DNA of 63,449 nucleotides, filler included, from Olpidium bornovanus S191 (taxonomy: Eukaryota; Fungi; Olpidiomycota), in NCBI GenBank assembly GCA_017911155.1. It is 30 parts of 30 records of this genome, joined end to end, with 100 filler letters (N's around TTAATTAATTAA, not from the genome) between each part and the next. Parts side by side here need not be neighbours in the genome. Positions count along the whole stretch, not along the records: positions 1 to 2,250 come from JAEFCI010008408.1; positions 2,351 to 3,484 come from JAEFCI010002236.1; positions 3,585 to 5,644 come from JAEFCI010010980.1; positions 5,745 to 6,931 come from JAEFCI010011593.1; positions 7,032 to 8,355 come from JAEFCI010001054.1; positions 8,456 to 10,371 come from JAEFCI010000812.1; positions 10,472 to 14,850 come from JAEFCI010004181.1; 23 more parts are not named here. One strand, given 5' to 3'. The translations under genes were made by a program, and so were the position numbers. Shown here piece by piece: positions 1-11,712 of the stretch. Each line of letters begins with the position of its first letter. The stretch's first letter is position 1. A model generated the notes under the pieces. The model saw only the letters and a list, made by a program, of their open reading frames with translations. It ran no database searches and was not told the DNA's origin.

Positions 1-1529
1 GCCCGGGGGGGGGGGAGAAAAACCCCCCCCCCCCCCCCCGTTTTTGATACCAACCCCCAAAGAAATATTAAACAAAGAGAGACCCCGCGGAACCCCCGGT
101 CCGGCAGTTCGAAGGACACCTCGACGGGGCGACGGTCGAGCGGAAGTAACGCCCCCGCGACGTCTTGCGACCGCAGCGCCCGCGAGGAAGGGCTGCTGGC
201 GCGCTCCAGGAGTCGGCGGGGCTTCCACTCAGGGTCGAGTGTGCCGTCCGAAGGGGGCTTCGAAGGGAAGGGGAGCGAGCATGGGACCGGGGAAAAGGAG
301 GCCGGACCCGGTCATCGTGGACGGAGAAGACAGGCTCACAGCCTTTTCGTAACAAGGCCCTTAGCCTCCCGTTCCGTCCTGAAAAAACTCTCGTCGAGCT
401 CTCATTCAGCCAACACCGGAGCCCCTTCCGCCCGCATACGGTAAGCTCGATAAACGTGAGCGCGACATCGCGGGGGAGCAGGATAGGAATCCCATCGATA
501 AAGCCTTCGACGATGAGACCAATAATGGAGACAACATTGATGCACCTGCGGAGGCAACCCCTCGAAAATCTCCTCGGTGTCATGCGCGAAAATGGGTTTA
601 CTTTTTGGCAGTGTAGATCAATCCCCCCCCGATTTCCTCTTATCCTTTTTCTTTTTTCCACTCTACTTTTGAAAATACAACGCACGTAAAAACGAAAAGG
701 TAGCCGGCCGCCCGGTCCCCGTCATTTGGTAGCAATGCCGCCCTCTACCGCGAGATCACGCGCCCGTCGACGGACCGAACCCGAGAGAGCACGCCGCCGC
801 GTACCCGGAAGGAACACCGGGGCTCTGCCGGTGCTGAGGATTCCGCCGTCATCACCGACAGAACTACGCCGCCGTGCACCCGGAAAGGACACCGGGGCCC
901 CGCGGGTAGTTGAGGTTCTTGCGCGTTTTTCCGGATAGGAGGTCGAGGGAAGGCAGATCGTACGGTCACATAGGCTACCTTTTGAAACGCGCACGGAGAA
1001 CGCGCCCACGTTCATTGGAAGCGTTCACCTGCGGAAAGGTCCGAAGCGCATAAATCACGTCATCGTCTAGAAGGAAACCCACCACGTTTGTTGCAGGAAC
1101 CTAGGGACCATCGTAGCAGGTACCTTGGGGCCGTCGCGCAGCGAGCAGGCACCTCGGGACCGTGCGAGCAGGTACCTCAGGGCCGTGCGAACGCGCACAA
1201 ACCGCACCCTGGCTTCGGCTCAACGGGAAGGGACCGCCGAAACGGCCTCGGCGCCGTTTAAAATCGCCGGGATCGCACGTCGTGATGACGAGCCACGTCG
1301 TATTCAGCTCCACGAGTACTGGGAGCGCGTTCGAAGGGAAAACAGGGAAAAAGAGGAGATCACCTTCGCCGGCAACTCCAGCGACACGGACGCCCCCACT
1401 GAAATCCAAATCGCCGGGATCGCCTCGGCGGTTGGAGTCGCCAGGAGTAGTGACGTTCCGGCCCGCCCAGTCTGCCCAGGAGTGCGTTACTCCGCCACCA
1501 GGCTGTTGGAATTTTTCCACGTGACCTGA

Positions 1530-2030
1530 CGCCACTCAGGAAGGACCGACGCAGGATGCAACAACAGCACCGCAGGAGACAGAACCACGCAGTACGAATG
1601 CCGGACGGAAGTATGCGGATCGCGGGAATCACATCCAGGTTGCGGAATCCTGGATTCCGCCAGGAGGGTGGTGTCCCAGCACCCCCAAACCCTTGAACCC
1701 CTGCCCCGTACGCAAGGGGCACGGGGCACGGGGGGAAAACCCCCTCCTCCCCAAAAACCAAAAAGGGGAAAGGGGCCAGGGGGGGTAAAGCGGCAAGACC
1801 CAAGCGCACCCGGAAAGGAAGGAAGGCTCCAAAGGATTCCAGCTGATTCCGGCAGGCGAGTTTTCATATAGATGAAGGAAAAGGGGGAGCTCACGGGTAT
1901 AAATAGAGCGAGGAATCCAGGATTCCTCGCACCTCATCCCCTTTGCACCATCCCTCTACACCAATCTCTTGTAGAAGATCTTTTTACCTAGCTCCTCTAA
2001 TAAAGGTCGTGGAAATTGTGCTGTAGCACG
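1530..2030 (+). mobile_element. Possible LTR/promoter-like segment
   Basis: TATAAATAG at 1898-1906, AATAAA at about 1999, two GGAATCC-W-GGATTCC palindromes and no convincing ORF. LTR boundaries were not identified. Confidence 0.3.
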
Positions 2031-2250
2031 GCCCTCGAACCGTCAGTCAACCGACGCCACGGAAGGCGGGCGGCGGGCGAAGGACGGCGGACGAGGGGCG
2101 GCTGGCGAAGGGCGCAGGGCAAAGGGCGGGAGGCGGTCGAAGGGCGGAAGCGGCGGCAGGATCGAGGGCAGGACGGCCCCCGAACCCGGGGGTCGACCAA
2201 TAGAATAGCCCCCTCGAAGCCCGCCAATTGAAGAGCGCTTCCCCCCTTCC

Positions 2251-2350
2251 NNNNNNNNNNNNNNNNNNNNNNNNNNNNNNNNNNNNNNNNNNNNTTAATT
2301 AATTAANNNNNNNNNNNNNNNNNNNNNNNNNNNNNNNNNNNNNNNNNNNN
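2251..2350. other. Artificial contig spacer (first of 29 identical N44-TTAATTAATTAA-N44 linkers)
   Basis: The same 100-nt structure recurs 29 times (e.g. 3485, 5645, 6932 ... 61494). TTAATTAATTAA gives stops in all six frames. Confidence 0.98.
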
Positions 2351-2351
2351 C

Positions 2352-3484
2352 ATGACGCCGCCCCTTTCACGGTCTCCGCCCTCGACCGCAGGAACCGCCA
2401 AAAACGTGCCTCCGCCCCCGACCGCAGGACCTGCCAAAAACGCGCCTCCCGTGGAAGCCGGCACCGGCGCCGGTGCCTCCCAAAAGAGTGCTGACCAGCG
2501 TATTCGCGATCTCGAAAAACAGCTTTTAACCGAAAAAACCGTGCGCGAACGCGCAGACCGCCAGCGGCAAGAAGGGGAGGCCACCCATGCCGCTGGAAAG
2601 GCAACCAACAACGACGCCACTGTTGTGCTCCTCGCACAACTAACCACCCAGCTAACCTTTATGACCGAACGCGAAAAACTGCGCGAACAGGAACAGACAC
2701 GCCTCACCAACAACAGGAACAACGTTTCCGTCAACAGGAAGAACGATACAACAACCTCCTTCACGCATTCCACAGAAGAAATGAACGGCCGTCTAACAAC
2801 CGCCCCGCGGGCACACACCGCTCAACAATTCGCGACTTCGCGAACAACGCCGACGACGACGACTCACCCCTCGACCCAGAACTCTTCGTCACGGAGGACA
2901 AAAAAGTACAACACACCACAGCGCAAAAAAACCCCACTCAATTCCCCCAACGTGCCCCTTCTGCAAAATCTATGCGCACTAACGTCTCTGCCGTTGAATC
3001 AAAATACGCTTACAGCATGGTTAAACCGTTGCTGAACGAAGTCCCCAAGTACGATGGCGGCGGCGGCGCGACCGCACTTGAAACCTTCATCTCAAAAGCC
3101 AATGAATACGCCGAGCTCGCCCTAGATCTCGTCTCGGAACGGATTCAGCTGAAACAGATTGCTGTCAAATTGGACAAGTCCGCTTCGCAGCTGTATCAGA
3201 CCAATCAAAAGGGCTCTTCACCCTGGTCAACATGGCAACAGCTCCGAGACGGGTTACGCGCTCGCTTTTATCCCGTCGACCATCTTGAGCGCATTAGAGA
3301 ATGTTTAATGCTCTTTTCATCCCAGAATTACCATTCTGTAACAGGTTACAACGACGGCTTCAATGCCCTCTTAAACCAGCTCGATGAGACGGAACGAAAC
3401 GCCAGCACCTGGATGGTTGCGTACAAAAAGGGTTTGCCCCGCGACTTCAAAGCTCACCTGTTCGTCAAAAATGCGCATACCATG
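2352..3484 (+). mobile_element. LTR-retrotransposon gag (capsid), frameshifted, 3'-truncated by the contig end
   Basis: VKPLLNEVPKYDG...WQQLRDGLRARFYP...SVTGYNDGFNALL...YKKGLP is a Retrotrans_gag-type capsid. It aligns by eye with the ORF at 39016-39927. The N-terminal coiled-coil part is in a different frame (overlap about 2495-3035). Confidence 0.8.
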
Positions 3485-3584
3485 NNNNNNNNNNNNNNNN
3501 NNNNNNNNNNNNNNNNNNNNNNNNNNNNTTAATTAATTAANNNNNNNNNNNNNNNNNNNNNNNNNNNNNNNNNNNNNNNNNNNN

Positions 3585-5644
3585 CATGACCGTGCGTGCG
3601 AAGTCTATTATCAGCTGAAGGTTTGAAAAGTTGGATTTCGAAGCCGGCGACGACACCGGAGTGCTGCGGGAAAGGGTTTCTTATTTGCTCACTTCAAGGG
3701 TTGTATGACAGGGCGGTCGCGTTGACTACGGGAGCAAGCACTCTCGTGACGTCGGCCACTCGCGGTTCGGGAGGTCATATGACGGTAGACGCTACGCTGG
3801 ACCGCAAGCTATTAGAGCTTTCGTCTTCGAGATTTTGCTGGCAATTTTTCTTATACTTTTCGTTCTCACAAACCACCGTCAGGCTTGTATCCGGAATGGT
3901 CTTCCAAAAAACCTCTGCACTTTGTTGGTCACTCCTTGGGAGCGACGACGATTTGGTACCTGCAACAGCTGTTGACCCGCGGCTGGTTTCCTGATAATAT
4001 GATGGCCGAGGATGAAGCGCCAAAATTCGTAGTCGAGAAAAACTGTGATTTTCCGGTCACGGAAGTGTCGGTGCCCAACGAGCGGCGAAGCGGTCGCGCC
4101 GGTAAGCTGTCGGGCCGAAGGCGGCGGCGCCACAACTGCGCAGACTGGATGAAATCCGTGACCGGAATTCAAGCGACGTACCGCGGTTCAGGACTGACAA
4201 ACATAATGGGACAAGCGGAGGATAATCCTTTGAAGAGTAAGGCTCCGTTCATAAGGAAGCAGCGAAGCCCACTTGTTTTACCGTGCCGGGCACCTCACTG
4301 CTTCGTTTTCCCCTTCCGCATTAGTATACCCGTTCACTGTCGTCGGGATTGTGTTTTGGTTAATCTACCTCTACGTGTATTTCGACTTGTCGGAACTCAG
4401 GCTGTTTCGTGGTCCCTGGGATTTCAACCTTGACCACTGGAAGCTGTCACGGTCTGCGAAGAACTGCTTCGCTTCACCATACGCCAGCCTGGAAAGTTGC
4501 TTGTCGCCGGCAACGCCTAACACGGCTCCTGAGTCCATAGAGGCGCCGTTGCCCGCGCTCACTCATACGCGGAAAACTGGCCAGTGGTTGGCGCTGCTCG
4601 GATTTAGGCCGTGCCCGTTCGCGCAGTCCAGAGACACGGCTCTGTTCGACATTGCCCTCAGGAGAATGGAGAGGCTAAATAGGCAGGCCGTCATGTGTAA
4701 AAGGACGTTTTACAGAACGTTTACGACGAGCGTGGTGAGGAACGAGAAAGTAAAAAAAAATCTGAAACGGCTGTGCGTGATACTCGACCTTACGGGAAAC
4801 TCGCCGCTCACGCAGATGCATTGACCACTTTTCTCGTGCCATCCAGACGGAGGCCGATCCCGTGACGAAACGCCATCGGCCGTTCCGGGCCAGGGGCGCG
4901 TCACTCATCACCCTCTTCTCGTGGTTGATGGGCCGCTACGAAGTGCCCGAGGCTGTCTACACTGATGGGAACCAGCAGATTATACTGGACGACGATGCGG
5001 ACCAGTGGGTCGAAGAGGGCGACGACTTCGTCGGCAACGAGGACCTCATCGTGGAGATAGCACTGCGCGACTCGCAGATAAACGAAGACGTTGACGCGGC
5101 ATCGCGGCTGGCGACGGGAGCTCCGCAAAGAGGATTGTGGGGTTCCGCCAGGCCCCTGGTGAAATCGGCGTGCGAAAGCCTGCGCCGGTTGGGGCAGCTT
5201 TTGGTGCAGGCCATCCGGGGAGACGACTATACTTGCTTGTCGAAGCGCGAGAACGGTCGTGAGGCCAAGAAGCCTCTTTCGCCGGAAACCGTAAAGGCCC
5301 CGGCAGCACAGCCGCGGCGGCCGCGGCCGCCTCCGTTGATTTTCAGCTCCAAACCTCCGTCGGTGTGCCAAGCGACGACTCGCGTCGTGGACGCGCGCGG
5401 TGGGAGGATGATCGCCGAGGAGACGACGACACTGGCCTTCAGTCCTGATCCGTGGTCACCAGAGTCTTGGTGGGAAAACGACGGGATGACGCCCGTAGTC
5501 AGCCAGCGGCATCCGGGAGCTTGCCACAGAGGTTACTGCCGCGGATGCCCGTTCACGTCCGAGGGTCTCGCCCTTTCACTGGCGACCTCGCACTCCAGGA
5601 TCTTCTTCCCAACGGCTAACATCTGGGAAGCGCCGCAGAACATG
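3585..5644 (+). CDS. Spliced lipase resembling bacterial family I.5/I.6, with C-terminal extension (partial)
   Basis: Exons splice via GT-AG (intron 3621-3711, then a second intron) to HDRACEVYYQLK|GGRVDYGSKHSRDVGHSRFGRSYD|GLYPEWSSKKPLHFVGHSLG. GHSLG nucleophile elbow at 3927-3941. A hydrophobic segment follows downstream. Confidence 0.85.
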
Positions 5645-5744
5645 NNNNNNNNNNNNNNNNNNNNNNNNNNNNNNNNNNNNNNNNNNNNTTAATTAATTAA
5701 NNNNNNNNNNNNNNNNNNNNNNNNNNNNNNNNNNNNNNNNNNNN

Positions 5745-5871
5745 ATCAAAAGCGTCGATTTCTTGGTTGACGGCCTGGAATATGTTTGCCGGCAACCGGG
5801 GTGTTAGAAAAGCCGGGGGGGGAAGGTCTATCAGCAGTTTTTTTATCAAGTCGGCGCCCATGACGGGAGTC

Positions 5872-5907
<36 letters not shown>

Positions 5908-6714
5908 ACCACCACCCCCTTTCGGCTCGTTGATGTCGTCGTTTTGGCGCCTTGGCTCCGAGCAGCTCGTTGCTTCTTCGCCTTTCCCGCGACGCTCACC
6001 GCCTCCTCTTCAAACCCCCCCCCCCTTTCTCTCCCTCTTCCTCCACCGGGCGCCTCATACAAGCCGATTCCTCGGTGGGAGAGAAAGAGCTGAAATAAGA
6101 AAAAAAAAGGGGGGGGGGGGGAAAGGAGAAGGAGTCGGGTTGGGGGGAAGCCGCGCTCGCGGTTTTCTCTCTGCCGCGCACCGTCGTCAGTGGGAGTTCT
6201 TCTGGCCGGTCGTGCCGCCCGCCACCCTCGCCGATAACTCCACGGCCTCCACTCCGAGCCTGCCCAACAAGGACACGAAGGCCTCGCCCATGATCCCGCT
6301 GCCGGCCGCCTTGGCCGGCGCGGACGCGACCGCGGCCCCCGTTGCGCCCGAGGCGGACCCGGCGAGGGCGGGGAGCGCGCCGACGAGATTGCGCTTGCGG
6401 TGCGCCGCCGCCGCCAAGAAGGGCACCTGGCGCCGCGGGCGCGGGCCCCAGGTGGAGGAGGGCCCGGCGCCGCCGCCGCTGCCGTCGTCGTCCGCGTCCT
6501 CCCCGCCGGCGGTCCGCGATGGACGGGGAAGGGGGAGCGGCGAAGGGGCGGAAGCGGCGGCGAAGAAGGGCAGCTGATAGGAGGCGGACGGCGGCGGGGG
6601 GGAAGACGGCGAGGCGACGACGGGAACGGCCCGCACGCCGGAGGGGGCGGCGGCGGCGGCGGCGGCCAGTGACATGATGGCCAGGACGGCGGAAGCGAGG
6701 CAGACGAAGCGCAT
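5745..6714 (-). CDS. Secreted/precursor-like protein of unknown function (partial, spliced)
   Basis: ATG at 6714 is followed by a signal-peptide-like MRFVCLASAVLAIMSLAAAAAA and a dibasic HRKR. A downstream exon reads ETPVMGADLIKKLLIDLPPPAFL. No family recognised. Confidence 0.45.
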
Positions 6715-6866
6715 GACGGGCGGGCGGGCGGGCGGGAGGCGGGAGGCGGCGGCGGGGGAGAGGCGCGGGCGAAGCGGGCGAAAAGCAGAGGTCGCCCGGA
6801 GACTTTTTTAATTGAGGCGCGGGCGGGAGGGCGTGGCGCGAGAGCCCCCCCCCCCCCCCCCCCCCC

Positions 6867-6931
<65 letters not shown>

Positions 6932-7102
6932 NNNNNNNNNNNNNNNNNNNNNNNNNNNNNNNNNNNNNNNNNNNNTTAATTAATTAANNNNNNNNNNNNN
7001 NNNNNNNNNNNNNNNNNNNNNNNNNNNNNNNGACGCTTGAAAAAAAAGGAACCCCCCGGGTGGACGGGGGAAAACCCCCCTCTTTTTTTTTTTTTTTTTT
7101 CC

Positions 7103-7138
<36 letters not shown>

Positions 7139-7144
7139 ACTCAC

Positions 7145-7424
7145 CGCCGTCGCGGACCCAGTAGTACTGGTACCCGTCGCCGGTATCGAGCGGCGGAGCG
7201 GCCCCGGCGACGACGGCGCCGGAACTGCGGATGTGCGCAATGATGCGGTCCTTGGAGAACGGCACGTGCCTAGCGAGCCAATCGCCGATGTCCGACGGCG
7301 GGGCTTCCGGGGGCGCAAACGGCGTCTGTTTCCCGGCGCCGCGCTCGCCGGCCGCCTCTCCGCCGGAGAAGAGGGCGCCGGCCAAAATCAGGCCGGCTGT
7401 TGCGGTGAAGCCGGCGGCCCTCAT
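7145..7424 (-). CDS. Glucoamylase (GH15), first exon
   Basis: Signal peptide MRAAGFTATAGLILAGALFSG, then SGAVVAGAAP...YQYYWVRDG matching the GH15 GxxVAS...YxYxWxRD motif. The exon ends at a GTGAGT donor. Confidence 0.8.
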
Positions 7425-8162
7425 CCTGGGTCGTCCTTTTTTTTTTCCGCCCCGAAGGACGCGGGGGATGCGCGGGGCCGGGAGGGCAAAAAAAAGGGGG
7501 TAGGTGGGGGTAGGTGGGGGTAGGAAAGTGAGAAATGGCAGAATTGGGACGTCACGCGGCGTACGTTTTTTTTTTTTTTTTTTTTCTTTTTTTTTGCTCA
7601 CCGGCGAAGAATGTTTCCCAAGCGGGATAGAGCGCACCCCGTTTAGGCTGAGGAGGATGAGGAGGAGGAGGAGGAGGAGGAGAAGGTTTTTGGGGGAGGA
7701 GGGCAAGGGACGATCGCCGCTTAATTTTTTTTTTTTTTCTTTTGGCAAGGGTGACAGGCTCAAAAGCGAAAAAACCGAAAGCGTTTTTTTTTTTTTGGAT
7801 TCTCCCCCTTTTTCCCCCTCCCCCCTCTTTTTTTGTTGTTGTGGAGGTGGAGGTCCGGCGGGTGGGGGGCCACTTTACCGTGCGGCGGGCGCGTTTGTGA
7901 TTCGCGGGGTTTCATGGTTTTTTTTTTTTTTTTTTTTTTTTTCTTTGTCTGACTTCTTTTACCTCAGACGGGGCGCGCGTGTGGGGTGGAGGAGAGAGAG
8001 GTGAAGGGGACGTTTTGGTGTTGCGCGTCAGTCGCGGCCCTTCCCCACCCACCACAAAAAATAAAAAGAAAATTAAAGAAACTCTCGTTTTTCCCCTGAT
8101 AAAGTGGTTGTGTCGCGCAGCGGAAAGGTAAGCATTTCGTTTGGAATCTTCAAAATTGTGTT

Positions 8163-8273
<111 letters not shown>

Positions 8274-8455
8274 CGAGAGAGGAAGGGAGAGAAAAAAGAG
8301 GGGCCCGGCGGGGGAAGGGGCGAGGAGGAGAGCGGAGGAAAAGGGAGGAGGAGAANNNNNNNNNNNNNNNNNNNNNNNNNNNNNNNNNNNNNNNNNNNNT
8401 TAATTAATTAANNNNNNNNNNNNNNNNNNNNNNNNNNNNNNNNNNNNNNNNNNNN

Positions 8456-9640
8456 CATGCCCATCAAGAAGTTGTCGGGCTTGATGTCCCGATGGAGAAA
8501 ACGGCGCTTGTGGACAGTCTCTATCAGGGTTATCTGCGTTGCGGCGAACCGAGAATTGCCAGAAGCGCGATGCGTGTGTAAATTGGTGCGGAGCACAATG
8601 CGGACCACGAAGAGTGGATTTGAATGGGTGCGAAAATGGATAAAAAAAGAGGGAGGAGAGTTGGGCAAAAAAGGAGAATGTCGAGAAAAAACTGGGCCAG
8701 CGCAAAGGCGGGGAAATTTCGGCGGGGTCTGACAGTTCCCGGGTTGATCACGCATCCTCTGATAAAGGGTAATCAGGCGTTCCTCCTGCTCGCGCATTCC
8801 CAGCCGTTAAAGAATGGGGCGTGGCGGGTAATCAAGCGCTCCTCGTGCTCGCGCATTCCCCGCCGTACGAGAATGTGGCGTGGCGAAAGACTCCGCCTCG
8901 AAAACCGGCAGCGCACCATTTGCAACGCCAAGGCCAGCACGGTCCTCGGAGAAAACCTCTTGCCGCACATATGGAACAGGTCCTCGAGCGACGGGCCGAG
9001 GAGATCGACGACCATGATGTTATACTCGAAATCCGCGCCGTTGTCGCACTTGAAGTGTTCGGCGAGGGCCTGCCGGCCGCACCACCGGACGGCGGGGACG
9101 CCGAGGCTCCCGCGCAGGGCTTGCAGCACGGTCGACTCGTAGAGCAGCTGCGGGTGGCCCGTCCGCGTAGGCTCGACCTTCACTGCCACCGTCTCACCCG
9201 TTTCTAAGTTCGTCCCTTTGTTTGCGACAAAGGCGGCGTCGGCGGCGTTTTTTTTTCCCCCCTGCCCCCTCGTTTCTTGTCCATGGCACCGCAATGAAAC
9301 GAACGTACCTACAAAAACTGCCAGACGGCGTTTAACAAAACGTTAGATAACCGCAACACCGACGACCTCCGGACCGAGCCGGCTTTCCTGAACGAACGCG
9401 GATCGGACTGGAGAAGAAAGAAGAAAGAAAGACGAAAAAAAAACAAAAATAAAATAAAAACCGCCGCTCACCGGTTCCGAAAGATCCGCTCCGGATCTTC
9501 TTCCCCAGGCGGAACTGCTTCCCGCAAGCGGCGCCCACCACTATCGCCGACTCGCGACGATGCGCGTCGCCGTTTTGAGCAGCGGCCGATCCGGTGGGCG
9601 CGCAGAGGCGCTGGGCGTTCGCGGCGGTGGAGGCAGCCAT
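8456..9640 (-). CDS. Casein kinase 1 family kinase, N-terminal part (partial, spliced)
   Basis: FRLGKKIRSGSFG, AVKVE...HPQLLYESTVLQAL, YNIMVVDLLGPSLEDLFHMCGKRFS, LHRDIKPDNFLMG are CK1 hallmark motifs. Confidence 0.93.
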
Positions 9641-9664
9641 GGGCGGGGCGGCGTGCCTTTCTCT

Positions 9665-9697
<33 letters not shown>

Positions 9698-11712
9698 CCC
9701 CTCACTTTCTCTCTTTCCGTTTGGGGCGGGTGAAAGCGCGAGAGAAAGAGAGAGAGAGAGAAAGAGGGGAAAGAGCGGGGGGTGAGAATTTTTTTTTGGC
9801 TGGCGAAAATTTTTGTGTTTGACGCGGAGGAGACGGGTTTGGGGGGGAAGTGGCGGATGCGCATTGCGCGCGCGCAGCGTTAACAAGATCATTGGCATCG
9901 GAAATCATCGGAAGGCTGACGACACCTTCCGTCCGCGCCGTGGGAGGACGCGGACGCGGGCGGGTGGCGCGCAGGTCGAACGCGCGGGAGATTCAAAAGA
10001 CGAAGCCGCCTGGGGGGTCAGACGCAGACGGCGGCGAGGCGCGGGAGGTCAGGGGGACCGCGCTCCGGCGGCCGACGAGGATCCGGCGTCACTCTGAGGA
10101 ACGGAGTGCCAAGTGCAGCGGCGGCCGCCAGAACTCTCCGCGAAGTGGTCTACCGCGCAGCCGTTCGCGAGCAGGACGGCTGATGGTTTTGGAAAGGGGG
10201 GGGCGGGGGGTGGATGGGGAACGACTGACATCGCTGTCTGACGCACACGAGCATGAAGACGGCGCACACCGGCGCGCGGCTCCTACTGGAGGAGCACCAG
10301 GTATATTCCGTCAGCGGACTACGAACATCGATTTCAACCGGCACTACGTGCACGAAAACGTGCAGCGGCAGNNNNNNNNNNNNNNNNNNNNNNNNNNNNN
10401 NNNNNNNNNNNNNNNTTAATTAATTAANNNNNNNNNNNNNNNNNNNNNNNNNNNNNNNNNNNNNNNNNNNNCATGATTATCTGTTAACAATGGTCCTAAC
10501 ACGTTACCCAACAAATGGTGCACGACTTTTGCCGCAGGTTTAGAAAGCTGACTCGTCGTCGCCGTGCTCGTCCGTTTGCCGTAGGAAGGAATGCCGCTGA
10601 CCCCAGTCGCCGGCGAGGGACACACTGCTAGGAAGCAGTGGAAGCCGGCAGCAGCCCGCTTGAAAAAACGGCCAGCCTCCGCCCAGCTACCTGTTCACAC
10701 TCAGTGCTTGCTGGTGACTGCGGCGGTTGCCCAACGGCTGGAAGGAAACTGGGATGGCATTTTGGATGACCTGCGGCCGCTCAACGTTCCAAACCCCGAC
10801 CATACAAGGCACCCCGTTCGCAGAAACACGTCGTTTCGCAATCATGTACTGTACAGTGAGTCATTTGTTCCCCGCCGTGTCCGATCCCGACCCCTTGCGG
10901 CGCCAGACGCGTCTACTGAAGTTCCTGGAAATCGCTGCCGTGTGCCCCGCTGGCCAAAACCGTACCTCATGGTACGTGCAGTTGGGTCGGTCGAACATCA
11001 ACCGTCCTTAACGCGCGCTCCTTGTCGCATGATCACCTCCACCGACTGGACTCCATTACAGGGTGCACGCATGGAAGGTTCAGTTTGTCCCCAAAGGAGC
11101 GGCTGTCCACTCCCCAGAGACTTTTACGTTGGCAGGACCAGTGGTCAACCAAATCTCCTCCCGCCCCCACCCCTGTCTTCCCCTACAAACAGCGTGATCT
11201 GCGTCCACCGCCGTCATGATGCAGACGCCTCGCGGATATTGAAAATGGCTTTGGCAAAAAGGAGAATTGCGGAAACTCGTTGATGGCGCAAAGACCCACA
11301 AGTTGCAGGAGCCAGGGCATCAGTGAATCACAGCCGCTGGAGGACTCCCGGCAACAGGTCACGCGCAGATAGTTTCATGAATCCGAGTTTGCGGAAAAGG
11401 AACCTATCGCCCAGAGACGTCTCTGCCGTCCTCTGTACACCACGCCGGCCATGCAGTCACGAGATTGCGACCTCGCGTTTACTGCCACGCGAGAGGTGGA
11501 ATGTCTGACACAACTCGGCACGCGGAAAAGTAGAAGATGGTCAAATTCTTTGTAAGGCGACGTGCGGGAGATTGTCCACGTCCACGTCACGTTCAGAACT
11601 CCTTAGATTGCGCTCGCAAAAGGACAAACACTTGACGACCTGAACAACCCAACCCACAACAACCTAAGCCGGTTGATATATAACGCCTCCTCGGGCCTCC
11701 CCTCCTCCGCTT

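Noticed and set aside
2295-2306. TTAATTAATTAA recurring every 1-4 kb, superficially like a CRISPR or repeat array or PacI sites
   Set aside because: It is always embedded in N44 flanks, so it is an artificial six-frame-stop linker.
6846-6931. Long poly-C/poly-G and poly-A/T runs here and throughout, giving poly-Gly/Pro/Lys/Phe ORFs
   Set aside because: They cluster at contig ends and in introns, and are probably inflated by sequencing or assembly. The ORF-track products are not credible proteins.
10591-11600. 230-aa ORF and neighbours as a transposon gene
   Set aside because: No motif was recognised in any frame, and stops are scattered.
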